Shown: one piece after another, positions 29,797-41,408 of the stretch
Position numbering within the stretch: the stretch's first letter is position 1
How the letters are laid out: each line of letters begins with the position of its first letter
DNA from: Blastocatellia bacterium
GTDB lineage: Bacteria; Acidobacteriota; Blastocatellia; UBA7656
Length of the DNA: 64,000 nucleotides
NCBI GenBank assembly: GCA_963765495.1
Contig: CAVXWP010000016.1
Span: 339,216-403,215, forward strand
Direction: 5' to 3'
The notes under the pieces: generated by a model
Told to the model about the DNA's origin: nothing
Seen by the model: the letters and a program-made list of their open reading frames with translations, nothing else
The model's database searches: none
Translations under genes and position numbers: made by a program

Positions 29797-32700
29797 GTGC
29801 GTCCAGAGATGGACTTTGCACAAAATATGAATACCACAAGATATACTTCGTCCACGCGCCGGGTGCGTCTGAGCGTCATCATCACGATGATTTTGGCTCT
29901 CTCTTTCGCAGCTTACCAGATTGTTTCTCCTCCCTCCGTCGAGGGCATATCGAGCACTATAGTAATCAGTCAGATTTACGGAGGCGGCGGCAATGCCGGG
30001 GCAACCTATACAAACGACTTCATAGAACTCTTCAATCGAGGTGCCAGCGCGGTCAGCGTGGCGGGATGGACAGTGCAATACGCATCCGCTACGGGCACAA
30101 CGTGGCAAACCACCGCCCTTTCGGGCTCGATTCCACCGGGGGGCTATTACCTTGTTCAAGAAGCGCAGGGGGCGGGAGGGACTACGCCTCTGCCTACTCC
30201 GGACGCCACCGGAAGCATACCCATGAGCGCAACGGCCGGCAAAGTGGCCCTGGTCAATACTACTACGGCTTTGAGCGGCTCGTGTCCGACCGGAGCTTCC
30301 ATAATTGATTTTGTAGGTTTCGGCTCAACGGCCAACTGTTCCGAGGGAAGCCCAACGGCTACTCTAAGCAATACAACTGCGGCGCTGAGAAACATGAACG
30401 GCTGCACCGACACGGACAGCAATTCGTCTGATTTCACAACAGGCGCGCCAGCGCCTCGCAACAGCGCCTCGCCCACAAACTCCTGCGGCGGCTCAACAAA
30501 CCCATCTGGAACAGGCGCCGCAAATCCATCCGGTGTTACACCCGGAGCAATGACCCTTCTTACAGTCACGGTCACACCGGGCACAAATCCCCCAAGCACC
30601 GGACTCGCCGTCACAGGCGACCTCACATCCATAGGCGGGTCTGCGAGCCAGATGTTTTTTGATGACGGCTCAAACGGCGATGCGACTCCCGGCGATAACA
30701 TTTTCTCGTTTCAGGCAACCGTAGCAATGGCAACTACGCCGGGAATGAAGAGCCTGCCCGTGACCATCACGGATGCTGAGATGCGGATGGGGTCAACCTC
30801 TATATCGCTCTCGGTCGTCTCACCGGGCGGCACGCGAATCCACGACATACAGGGAGCCAGCCATATCTCACCTCTGGCAAACACATCGGTTTCAGGCGTT
30901 CCGGGCATTGTGACGGCCCTTCTTTCAAACGGCTTTTATATGCAGGACCCAATGCCCGATGCCAATGACGCTACAAGCGAGGCTATATTTGTCTTCACAT
31001 CGTCGGCTCCGACGGTCAGCGTGGGCGACTCGGTTCTTGTGAGCGGCACGATTTCGGAATTTCGGGCGGGTGGCAGCAGTGGCCTCACTAACCTGACAAC
31101 CACTGAAATCTCAGGCAGCCCAACCGTAGCGATTCAATCAACCGGAAATCCCTTGCCTCCGCCGATTGTCATTGGCACAGGCGGGCGCATCCCACCATCA
31201 ACGATCATCGAAGACGATGCATCCGGTGATGTGGAAACAGGCGGCGTCTTTGATCCGGCATCCGACGGAATCGATTTTTACGAGAGCCTCGAAGCGATGA
31301 GAGTGCAGGTCAATAATCCGGTCGTTGTCGGCCCGAGCGTCAGCTTTGGCGAAATACCGGTCGTAGGCGATGACGGTGCGAACGCCAGCGTGCGAACAAC
31401 GCGCGGCGGCGTAGTGATTCGCAGCAGCGACTTCAACCCTGAACGTATCATCCTTGATGACACAATCCTCAGCACACCTTCGGTCAATGTCGGCGATCAC
31501 TTCTCAGGCCCCGCTATCGGCGTGATGGATTACAGCTTCGGCAACTTCAAACTCAATATCACTTCACCTATCTCTGCTGTGTCGGGCGGGCTGGCTCAAG
31601 AGATAACGAATACGCCGAACTCGAATCAACTCACGATAGCCACTTTTAATGTGGAGAACCTCGATCCGGGCGATGGGGCGACGAAATTCAATACCATCGC
31701 GAGCGAGGTCGTAAACAATCTGAAATCGCCTGACCTGATAACAGTCGAAGAAGTTCAGGACAATAACGGCGCGACTAATGACGGGACGGTCGATGCTACC
31801 GTTACGATAAACACGCTAATCTCAGCTATTCAGACCGCCGGGGGTCCCACTTATCAATTTCGCCAGATCAACCCGGTGAACAATCAGGACGGCGGTGAAC
31901 CCGGGGGCAATATTCGCGTCGTATTCCTTTTCCGTACGGATCGCGGACTCAGCTTTATAGACCGGCCGGGCGGCGATTCTACGACAGCCACCACCGTTGT
32001 GAGCGGCATGATGGGGCCGGAACTCTCCTTCAGCCCAGGCCGCGTTGATCCGAATAACGCCGCCTGGAGCGCGAGCCGCAAACCGCTCGCAGGCGAATTC
32101 ACATTTAATGGTCGCAAGATTTTTGTTATCGGTAATCACTTCAACTCAAAGGGTGGTGATGACCCTCTGTTTGGACATATCCAGCCACCCGTTCTCAGTT
32201 CAGAGGTGAAACGTTTACAGCAGGCACAGATAGTTCACGATTTTGTAAATTCGATTCTCGCGCTGGACTCGAACGCAAGTGTCGTTGTGCTTGGTGACCT
32301 GAACGATTTCGAGTTCTCAAACCCTCTGACCACATTGAAAGGCACCATACTTCACGCTCTCGTCGAATCGCTTCCTCAGAGCGAGCGTTACTCATATGTA
32401 TTTGACGGTAACTCGCAGGAACTCGACCATATTCTTGCAAGTGACGGGTTGGTAACCAATACGCCTTTCGAATACGACGTGGTCCATCTGCATTCCGAAT
32501 TCGCCGTTCGAGTGAGCGATCACGATCCATCACTGGTTCGGTTCACCTTTACACCTACGGCGATAGAGCTTACAGATTTTAGCGCCACGGACATGGGTGG
32601 CCAGATATTATTGCAATGGCAGACAGGCATGGAGATAGACAATCTGGGCTTTAATGTTTATCGCGAAGAAGCGGGGAGTCGAGTGCGAATTACTCCTCAG

Positions 32701-35049
32701 ATACTGGCAGGGTCGGCCCTCGTAGCAGGACCGGGAACAGCCCTTACAGCCGGGCGTTCTTATTCGTGGTGGGATGTTTCGGCACAGGCAAAGCAAACCG
32801 CTCGCTATTGGCTTGAGGAGATTGATCTCAAGGGGCGTAGCATCTGGCACGGCCCAGCAATTGTCAAATCCTCGACCGGCAAAATCTCAGCCCGTGAGCA
32901 GAGAGAGGCTACGATGTTGAGCATGCTGGGTCGTGATAATATTCAGGAAAGCCCGGCGCAGCCTCTAGAACGTAGAGCTGTTTTGCCCCAAGCCTCAGCC
33001 GCTTTTCTTCAAGGTCCGAACAGCCTGGCCAATCTACCTGCTTTGAAGATTTCGATTAAACAGGAGGGTTGGTATCGCATCACACGCTCCGAGCTTCTTG
33101 AAGCCGGTCTCGACCCCCGAGCTGAGTGGAATAACCTTCAGATGTACGTCGACGGGCGAGAAATTCCTATCTCTTTAGGAAGCAGCGGCGTCGGAAAATC
33201 GGGATCAACAACAGCAATTGAGTTTTATGCCGTTGGGCTTGATTCGGCTTCAACCGATGTCCGCACCTACTGGCTCGTCGCAGGTCAGCAGCCGGGTTTG
33301 CGCATCCCGAGATTGCAGGGTAAAACAGGCCCGTCCGCATCAACCAGCTTCCCTTTCACAGTCGAGAAACGAGATCGTACGATCTATTTCTCCTCTCTAA
33401 GAAACGGGGATAAGGAGAACTTTTTCGGAGCAGTCATTGGAACAGAGCCTGTTGATCAGGTGGTGAGATTGCAGCATCCTGATCAGACCCAGCCCGGAAA
33501 TGCCACTTTGGAAATTGCGCTTCAAGGCGTGACTCAGGTTGCCCATAGCGTAAGCGTACAACTCAACGGCTCGGATGTGGGACTTGTCTCCTTTAATGAT
33601 CAAACAGAAGGCGTAGCACGCCTGATCATTCCACAATCCCTGCTTGTCGAAGGTGATAATCAGATCAGGTTGGCCTCGCAAGGCGGAGACGTCGATGTCA
33701 GCCTTGTTGATTATCTTCGAATCACCTATCAACATACATTCGCTGTCGACGGCGATGCCTTGCGAATAACTGCTCCAACCAATCGGAGTCTCACCGTTGA
33801 AGGATTCAGTAATTCACAAATTCGAGTAATAGATATTACTAATTCTGATTCGGTGCAGGAGATCGCGGGAACGGTGAAAGCGATGAAGAATGGCTATGCA
33901 TATACATTTACGGTTCCGGGTTCGGAGACGAGAAATCTTTTAGCCTTTGATTCGGGGCACGTAAAATCTCCGGCTGCCGTCCGGGCCAACACCCCGTCAA
34001 ACTGGCGGCGGTCTGGACTTGGAGCGAATCTGGTTATCATAGCCCATAGCAACCTTTTGGGCGGCGCTCAACTCCTTAAAGAATACAGAGAGAATCAGGG
34101 ATTATCTGTTGCGCTCGTTGATGTCGAAGACATTTATGATGAGTTCAGCTTCGGCCACAAGAATCCACTTGCCATCAGAGACTTTCTGTCGTTTGCCAAA
34201 TCCAATTGGAGACCTGGACCTGGTTTCGTTTTGTTCTTCGGAGATGCCAGCCTCGATCCTAAGAACTATCTGGGCAGAGGAGACTTCGACCTTGTGCCCA
34301 CAAAACTGCTTGATACGCAGTTTATGGAGACTGCCTCTGATGATTGGCTTGCTGATTTTGGATCTGCCGGTTTAGCAAGTATGTCGGTAGGGCGTCTTCC
34401 TGTTCGCGCCGATGACGAGGGACGGAGGATGATTTCGAAAATCATCGGCTATGAACAGAACTCAGGAGATGGCGGTGTTTTGCTTGTGTCGGACATTAGC
34501 GACGGATTCAATTTTGAAGCGGCAAGCGATAGATTAAAAGAGATCATCCCCTCTGAGGTGAAGGTAGAAGAAATCTTTCGAGGCAGGACCGACGATGCTT
34601 CGGCCAGGAAAGCCCTTCTTGATAGCCTGAGTCGAGGGCAAAAAATCGTGAATTATTCCGGGCACGGTTCGTTAAACACCTGGAGAGGGAATCTTCTTAA
34701 TTCTGCTGATGCGCTGGAACTTACCAACGGAGATCATCTTCCTTTATTTGTGATGATGACCTGCCTGAACGGCTATTTTCAGGATTACGCGTTAGACAGC
34801 CTTGGGGAATCCTTGATGAAGGCTGAGCAGGGGGGGGCTGTTGCCGTCTGGGCCTCATCGGGACTGACTATCCCATCGGGACAATTCATTCTGGACCAGG
34901 AAGTTTTCAGATTGCTTTTTGATGGACAAGGCTCTGAGCCAATGACGATTGGAGAGATAACATCACGGGCTAAAACAACAGTTACTGACCTGGATGTTCG
35001 TCGAACTTGGATACTCCTCGGCGATCCGACCACGAGAATTATGCGGTGA
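29797..35049 (+). CDS. Large secreted protein: lamin-tail domain, ExeM/NucH-like EEP nuclease and C-terminal C25 (gingipain-like) peptidase
   Basis: IVISQIYGGGG..DFIELFN (LTD); IHDIQG OB fold; ATFNVENL, NHFNSK, LGDLND, LDHIL, SDHDP (EEP); VEDIYDEF, VGRLP, YSGHGS, MTCLNG, LLGDP (C25). Confidence 0.88.
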   Translation: MRPEMDFAQNMNTTRYTSSTRRVRLSVIITMILALSFAAYQIVSPPSVEGISSTIVISQIYGGGGNAGATYTNDFIELFNRGASAVSVAGWTVQYASATGTTWQTTALSGSIPPGGYYLVQEAQGAGGTTPLPTPDATGSIPMSATAGKVALVNTTTALSGSCPTGASIIDFVGFGSTANCSEGSPTATLSNTTAALRNMNGCTDTDSNSSDFTTGAPAPRNSASPTNSCGGSTNPSGTGAANPSGVTPGAMTLLTVTVTPGTNPPSTGLAVTGDLTSIGGSASQMFFDDGSNGDATPGDNIFSFQATVAMATTPGMKSLPVTITDAEMRMGSTSISLSVVSPGGTRIHDIQGASHISPLANTSVSGVPGIVTALLSNGFYMQDPMPDANDATSEAIFVFTSSAPTVSVGDSVLVSGTISEFRAGGSSGLTNLTTTEISGSPTVAIQSTGNPLPPPIVIGTGGRIPPSTIIEDDASGDVETGGVFDPASDGIDFYESLEAMRVQVNNPVVVGPSVSFGEIPVVGDDGANASVRTTRGGVVIRSSDFNPERIILDDTILSTPSVNVGDHFSGPAIGVMDYSFGNFKLNITSPISAVSGGLAQEITNTPNSNQLTIATFNVENLDPGDGATKFNTIASEVVNNLKSPDLITVEEVQDNNGATNDGTVDATVTINTLISAIQTAGGPTYQFRQINPVNNQDGGEPGGNIRVVFLFRTDRGLSFIDRPGGDSTTATTVVSGMMGPELSFSPGRVDPNNAAWSASRKPLAGEFTFNGRKIFVIGNHFNSKGGDDPLFGHIQPPVLSSEVKRLQQAQIVHDFVNSILALDSNASVVVLGDLNDFEFSNPLTTLKGTILHALVESLPQSERYSYVFDGNSQELDHILASDGLVTNTPFEYDVVHLHSEFAVRVSDHDPSLVRFTFTPTAIELTDFSATDMGGQILLQWQTGMEIDNLGFNVYREEAGSRVRITPQILAGSALVAGPGTALTAGRSYSWWDVSAQAKQTARYWLEEIDLKGRSIWHGPAIVKSSTGKISAREQREATMLSMLGRDNIQESPAQPLERRAVLPQASAAFLQGPNSLANLPALKISIKQEGWYRITRSELLEAGLDPRAEWNNLQMYVDGREIPISLGSSGVGKSGSTTAIEFYAVGLDSASTDVRTYWLVAGQQPGLRIPRLQGKTGPSASTSFPFTVEKRDRTIYFSSLRNGDKENFFGAVIGTEPVDQVVRLQHPDQTQPGNATLEIALQGVTQVAHSVSVQLNGSDVGLVSFNDQTEGVARLIIPQSLLVEGDNQIRLASQGGDVDVSLVDYLRITYQHTFAVDGDALRITAPTNRSLTVEGFSNSQIRVIDITNSDSVQEIAGTVKAMKNGYAYTFTVPGSETRNLLAFDSGHVKSPAAVRANTPSNWRRSGLGANLVIIAHSNLLGGAQLLKEYRENQGLSVALVDVEDIYDEFSFGHKNPLAIRDFLSFAKSNWRPGPGFVLFFGDASLDPKNYLGRGDFDLVPTKLLDTQFMETASDDWLADFGSAGLASMSVGRLPVRADDEGRRMISKIIGYEQNSGDGGVLLVSDISDGFNFEAASDRLKEIIPSEVKVEEIFRGRTDDASARKALLDSLSRGQKIVNYSGHGSLNTWRGNLLNSADALELTNGDHLPLFVMMTCLNGYFQDYALDSLGESLMKAEQGGAVAVWASSGLTIPSGQFILDQEVFRLLFDGQGSEPMTIGEITSRAKTTVTDLDVRRTWILLGDPTTRIMR

Positions 35050-35212
35050 TTATCGACTATATTTGAATTGTTTACGGCGGTGGCAAGTTGTGGTAGCTCC
35101 ACAGTAAAACGTGGAGATGTGGGTTTTGCATAAAACGAGGGTCCAAAGATAATCCTTTTTGATCATATAAACGGAAAGGAGTATTGCTTTGGACCCGCTG
35201 AGTGTATTTTGT

Positions 35213-35430
35213 CAGCGATTCCCGGTTAGACCGGAATTGAAGCGAACAAAGGAGATTAGAAATCGTGAAATTGCGTTGTAATTAAGGCAATCACAGCACT
35301 TAGCGCAAAACACCGATTACATCTATCCGATTTTGCTATAACTGTTGGTACAACAGAATTTACTTTCGCAATTATCTTTTTCGCTTCCTCTTTTGATTTC
35401 ATCAACTTACAGCCTGACCGGGAATTGCTG
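35213..35430. mobile_element. 218-bp MITE nested in the transposase 5' end
   Basis: 17-bp TIRs cagcgattcccggttag / ctgaccgggaattgctg (2 mismatches); 9-bp duplication gtattttgt at 35204..35212 and 35431..35439. Confidence 0.9.
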
Positions 35431-36534
35431 GTATTTTGTCCGAATATGAGTTGTCCGGCCAGAGGCAAAACCAACGAAGGTAACATCGGCGTCCACTCGC
35501 TTAAACAACGCCGCTACAAGTGCTCTCTGTGCCAAAAGACCTTTGCCCAAACCAAAGGCACGCCTTTTTATCGCCTGCACCACGCGCCAGAGTTGGTTAC
35601 CAGAGTCGTCACCTTGCTGGCTTTTGGTTGCCCGCCGCAAGCCATTGTCGCCGCTTTCGACCTTGATGAGCGTACCGTCGCCAGTTGGCGAGATCGCGCC
35701 GCTGCGCATGGCCAGGCGATTCAGCAGCAGTTGGTCGAGGTGCCGCGTGATCTCGGCCAGGTGCAGATGGATGAAATCAGAGTCAAACAACAAGGTCGCA
35801 TCAGTTGGATGGCCTTGGCCCTGATGGTAAGTACCCGGCTGTGGTTGGGCGGCGCCGTCAGCCTCAGTCGCGATGCGACATTGATTACTCATTTGGTTGA
35901 GAAAGTCCGTGCTTGTGCAAGCGCCTTGTCTACGGGTTTGTTGTTTTGCACGGATGGCTTGAAGAGCTATATTAGCGCCATTCGCTCGGTTTTTCGGGAA
36001 GGGGTGCCGACCGGCGAGGTTGGGCGTCCTCGTCAACAAGCCTGGAAGAAGATATTCATGGCGCAGTCGGTCAAGCAATACGAGCAAGGACGGATGACCG
36101 GCATTGATCGCCGCATCATGGCCGGTGAGGAAACCGACATTGAGCAAATGCTTGAGCGGACGCAAGGCGGCGGGGTGATCAATACGGCGTTCATCGAACG
36201 GTTGAATGCGACCTTTCGGCAATCTCTGTCGACGCTGGTGAGGCGGGGACGCGGCTTGGCGCGGCAAAGCCGTACACTGGAAATGGGGATGTATCTGGTG
36301 GGAGTGATCTACAACTTCTGCTGTGAGCATGAAAGCCTGCGACTGCCGGGATTGGTCGGCGGGCACAAATGGCTTGAGCGGACACCGGCGATGGCCGCCG
36401 GTATCACAGATCATTGTTGGAGCGTCAGGGAATTGTTGTCGTATCACGTCGCGCCATCTCCATGGCAGCCGCCCAAGCGCCGAGGACGAGTTTCTACAGC
36501 CACCAAACAACTGATCGCGAGGTGGTGTCAATGA
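35425..36534 (+). CDS. IS1-family DDE transposase (original start at 35189 cut off by the MITE)
   Basis: CPNMSC..YKCSLC zinc ribbon, QMDE, CTDG, NTAFIERLNATFR, RTPAMAAGITDHCWS. Confidence 0.85.
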   Translation: MLVFCPNMSCPARGKTNEGNIGVHSLKQRRYKCSLCQKTFAQTKGTPFYRLHHAPELVTRVVTLLAFGCPPQAIVAAFDLDERTVASWRDRAAAHGQAIQQQLVEVPRDLGQVQMDEIRVKQQGRISWMALALMVSTRLWLGGAVSLSRDATLITHLVEKVRACASALSTGLLFCTDGLKSYISAIRSVFREGVPTGEVGRPRQQAWKKIFMAQSVKQYEQGRMTGIDRRIMAGEETDIEQMLERTQGGGVINTAFIERLNATFRQSLSTLVRRGRGLARQSRTLEMGMYLVGVIYNFCCEHESLRLPGLVGGHKWLERTPAMAAGITDHCWSVRELLSYHVAPSPWQPPKRRGRVSTATKQLIARWCQ

Positions 36535-36597
36535 CCACCTTTAACTGCGGAGCTACCGCAAGTTGTCACCGCCCTTTTTTATCTCTATTTTGAGGCT

Positions 36598-37467
36598 TTA
36601 TTCGCCCTTTGTTTGAATCAGGAGATCAAATAGGCGGGTTAAATCATCTGTTGATGAGAATTTGATCTCAAGGACACCGCCCTTTTTCAATGTTTTTATT
36701 TTGACCGGAGCATTAAGCCTCTTACTCAATCTCAATTCTGCCGCACGTATATTCGCGCCCTCTCCTTCCAATTCATTTGGGGCAAGCGTAGCTCTATGTT
36801 TCTCAAGTGATATAGCCTGACCGTCTTTTACCAACCTCTCAGTCTCTCTTACAGAAAGCGATTTGCTTATTATTTCAGTGGCAAGGCTTTTTTGCTTTTC
36901 GATGGAATCAATTGATAGTAAAGCTCGTGCATGCCCCATTGAGAGTTGTTCCGTTTCCACTAAATCTTTGATCTCAGAAGGGAGTCGGAGCAGTCTCAAT
37001 GAATTCGTAATCGTCGATCTATTCTTGCCAACCCTGCGTGCTAGTTCCTCCTGGGACACATTTATTTGCTCTAATAGTCTCTGATACGCATTTGCCTCTT
37101 CGATTGGGTTTAGTTCTTCCCTTTGAATATTCTCAATTAATGAGAGCTCTAATACCTGTTCCTCTGGTATATCCTTTACTATGCAGGGAATTTTTTGCAA
37201 TTCCGCTTTTTGAGCCGCCCTCCAACGACGTTCTCCCGCAACTATCTGGAAGCGATCCCCGCTCCTCCTCACAACAATCGGCTGTATTAAACCGTTTGCT
37301 CTTATGGATTGAGCTAATTCCTCTAGTTTTTCTTCGTCAAAATGCTGTCTTGGCTGAGCGTTTGTAGGATCAATTACATTTATACTTAGTGATATAAGAT
37401 CCTCCTCCAGCGGGCTTGTTTGGGTAAAGAGGGCGCTAAGCCCCCTCCCCAGTGCCTTTCTTGACAT
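36598..37467 (-). CDS. parB: Chromosome partitioning protein ParB
   Basis: RKALGRGLSAL, QPRQHF, VAGERRWRAA, ENIQRE, SMGHARAL. Confidence 0.97.
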   Translation of the reverse strand: MSRKALGRGLSALFTQTSPLEEDLISLSINVIDPTNAQPRQHFDEEKLEELAQSIRANGLIQPIVVRRSGDRFQIVAGERRWRAAQKAELQKIPCIVKDIPEEQVLELSLIENIQREELNPIEEANAYQRLLEQINVSQEELARRVGKNRSTITNSLRLLRLPSEIKDLVETEQLSMGHARALLSIDSIEKQKSLATEIISKSLSVRETERLVKDGQAISLEKHRATLAPNELEGEGANIRAAELRLSKRLNAPVKIKTLKKGGVLEIKFSSTDDLTRLFDLLIQTKGE

Positions 37468-38218
37468 TGTTTATGACCTCCCTGGCCAGTCTGAGATAAC
37501 TCTCAGCCCCCTTTGATTTTATATCATATAGGAGGATCGGTTTCCCATGGCTCGGTGCCTCAGCCAATCTTACATTCCTCGGTATTATTGTCGAGAAAAC
37601 TTGGGAACCCAAGAAATCCCTTAAGTCTGAAACCACTTGATTAGATAGGTTTGTCCTTTCGTCAAACATAGTCAGGAGAAACCCTTCTATCGTAAGACTC
37701 TGATTCAGAGTCCTTCTAATTCTGACCAGGGTATCCCATAATTCCGATACGCCTTCTAGTGCAAAATACTCACATTGTATTGGGATTAGAACCGAATTTG
37801 CCGCAGCTAATGCATTCAATGTTAGCAATCCCAGGCTTGGTGGACAATCTATCAGCACATAATCAAAATTTGATGAATAGTTCTCCAATTGTCCCTTCAG
37901 CTTGAATTCTCTCTGCTCAACATCTACCAGTTCAATCTCCGCACCAACGAGGATTTTTTCGGAGGGGACAACCTTTAGATTTGGTAATTCAGTGTTTAGA
38001 GCTATTCGTTCTATAGGATCATTTAATACTAATGAATGATATAAACTCTTATGAAATGAGCCTCGAAGACCCATTCCGCTTGTGCTATTTCCTTGTGGAT
38101 CAGCATCAATTATCAAGACCTTCATATCCGCAACGGCCAGGCTTGCGCCTAGATTTATAGTTGTCGTTGTTTTACCTACTCCCCCTTTTTGATTCGTTAT
38201 CGCTATTATTCTTGCCAT
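37436..38218 (-). CDS. parA: Chromosome partitioning ATPase ParA/Soj
   Basis: NQKGGVGKTTT, DADPQGN, DCPPSLG, IPRNVRLAEAPSHG. Confidence 0.97.
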   Translation of the reverse strand: MARIIAITNQKGGVGKTTTTINLGASLAVADMKVLIIDADPQGNSTSGMGLRGSFHKSLYHSLVLNDPIERIALNTELPNLKVVPSEKILVGAEIELVDVEQREFKLKGQLENYSSNFDYVLIDCPPSLGLLTLNALAAANSVLIPIQCEYFALEGVSELWDTLVRIRRTLNQSLTIEGFLLTMFDERTNLSNQVVSDLRDFLGSQVFSTIIPRNVRLAEAPSHGKPILLYDIKSKGAESYLRLAREVINNVKKGTGEGA

Positions 38219-38323
38219 GGTTTCCTACAATATCACAGAATTCTAATCGCGTAACTCCTAAAATCTCCCATCTTCACATGGACTCTATTTTTTCTTCTTG
38301 GTCTTTGAGCATTTCATTTTTAT

Positions 38324-38339
38324 TGTTCCACGTGAAACT
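38324..38339. promoter_or_regulatory. parS site
   Basis: tgttccacgtgaaact, 14/16 match to TGTTTCACGTGAAACA, about 105 bp upstream of parA. Confidence 0.85.
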
Positions 38340-38438
38340 TTTCAGAGACCTTGTCCTGAAAACAAATAGTGTAAATCATAGCTTGAAATAAACTGAAGCT
38401 TGTGCAAATTAAAGTTCTTTGTTTTCAGCACTTTCATT

Positions 38439-39446
38439 AGATGATCCGATAAATAAAAAATAAAGCGTGCTTGGGCGGCCCACCGTCAGATGGGCACACT
38501 TCACCCTTTGCAGTCTGCTTACATAAGGATTCGGTTGAGATGTACCAATCCGACTACTGCCGACGCTACCATCGGGAACAACCCCATTGCCAGCCGATAC
38601 TTCTCTCTCATGATCTTGAATCCTTTCACTCTTCTTATGCCGTGTTCTACATGTACCCTCACTCGCGCCTTCGCTCGATTCTCCTCTCGCTCATCATCAC
38701 TTAGCTCACCTCCTTTCGGCTTCTTGTGTGGTACTTCGATTCCCTCTGTGCCCTGATATCCCAAATCCCCTTGCTTGCTCGCTTCTCGATATTTCTCCCC
38801 CACTCCACTGGCTTCATATACTCGCTTATCCGATGCTGGCCCGCGATGCCCTCCTCTGATACCCAGCACTTCTCCCTTTCGATCACTCTCTACTTGGCTC
38901 TTGAGCGTGTGGCATTTCTTTTTACCAGAATATACCCGTTTTTGACGTTCATAATTGGAGGGACGGGGTATTGGCGTCTCAAAACTGTCGATGAGAATTC
39001 GGTCAATCTCTTGGATTTTGAGGCTCGGTTCCTGACCTCGAAACCTCTTCTGTGCCTCAAAGCGATTGGAGGGAAAGAGTTCTCTGAGCAAGGGGACAAT
39101 CTCGTGAAAGAGATTCTCGGAGGTGTCGGCGCTAACACCAAACAACGCTGCGACAACGCGCGTGAGCGAGGTTGTGACGCAGGTAGATGAGAACGAGCAA
39201 GACCTCCTGAGAAGGAGTGAGTTTGGGTTTTCTACCGCCACCGAGAGCGCGTTTGCGATCAGGGCGAAGAAGTTTGGCCTGTTGACGGAGATGAACCAAG
39301 ACCGGCACGGTAGTAGACAACAATTGTTGAAGGGCGTTTGTCGTCATGCGGGTCAAGGCGCGGAGTCTTGCAGGTTTGAGATTGTTGATTTGTTCGATTG
39401 TCATGCGAATAGTTTACCAAAGTCCTTCTTATTCCTCGGATCATCT
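38439..39446 (-). mobile_element. IS5-family (DDE_Tnp_4 type) insertion sequence
   Basis: TIRs agatgatccgataaataa / ttattcctcggatcatct; 3-bp ATT on both flanks. Confidence 0.85.
38519..39404 (-). pseudogene. IS5-family transposase, frameshifted near 39158
   Basis: HTH part (GGGRKPKL..YLRHNL) in 39132..39404 and catalytic part (LIDSFETPIPRP, YSGKKKCHTLK, GDLGYQG, RVHVEHGI) in 38519..39241. Confidence 0.8.
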
Positions 39447-39843
39447 ATTATTTACTGGCGAGCCTGAAAAATTATGCTTGAGCACGACCAGAACTAAAGT
39501 TGGAATAACCCCCAAAAAGGGCCGTTTTTCAAGCCGCGATTTATGCACAGGCTTCATTTAATTGAGACGTGGTCATAATTTAAAGCCTTTATCTCTAGCA
39601 GTTAGAGGGCCTGACAAGACCGGCTGCAAGCTGTGTTAAATGATGTTACATCTGTAACTGTTGCATCTAGGCTCTTCTTGCCTCTGAATTATGACCAGTC
39701 CTCAATTAAATGGCCCTGAATAAGGCCAGAGAATTAAACAAAAAAATAGGGAACCACATTGGCAAGAAAAGCCGGGTATGCTATGCTCCTTCACTTCGGA
39801 AAGAACGAAAAGAATTGCAAAGAAAAACAGAGGCCAGAAATGA

Positions 39844-41352
<1,509 letters not shown>

Positions 41353-41408
41353 ATTGAGGTAATTGCAAGAAGTTACATATTCATTTGGTCAAGGTAGGGA
41401 TTGAAGAT

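Larger units (their letters stand above)
35092..36557 (+). mobile_element. IS1-family insertion sequence
   Basis: TIRs ggtagctccacagtaaaacgtgg / ccacctttaactgcggagctacc; 9-bp target duplication gcaagttgt at 35083..35091 and 36558..36566. Confidence 0.92.

Noticed and set aside
35407-36531. 374-aa ORF antisense to the IS1 transposase
   Set aside because: Mirror frame of the transposase with no domain motifs
39644-39659. Palindrome TGTTACATCTGTAACT as a second parS
   Set aside because: Central CG is replaced and there are several mismatches to consensus; could be another regulator site but unsupported
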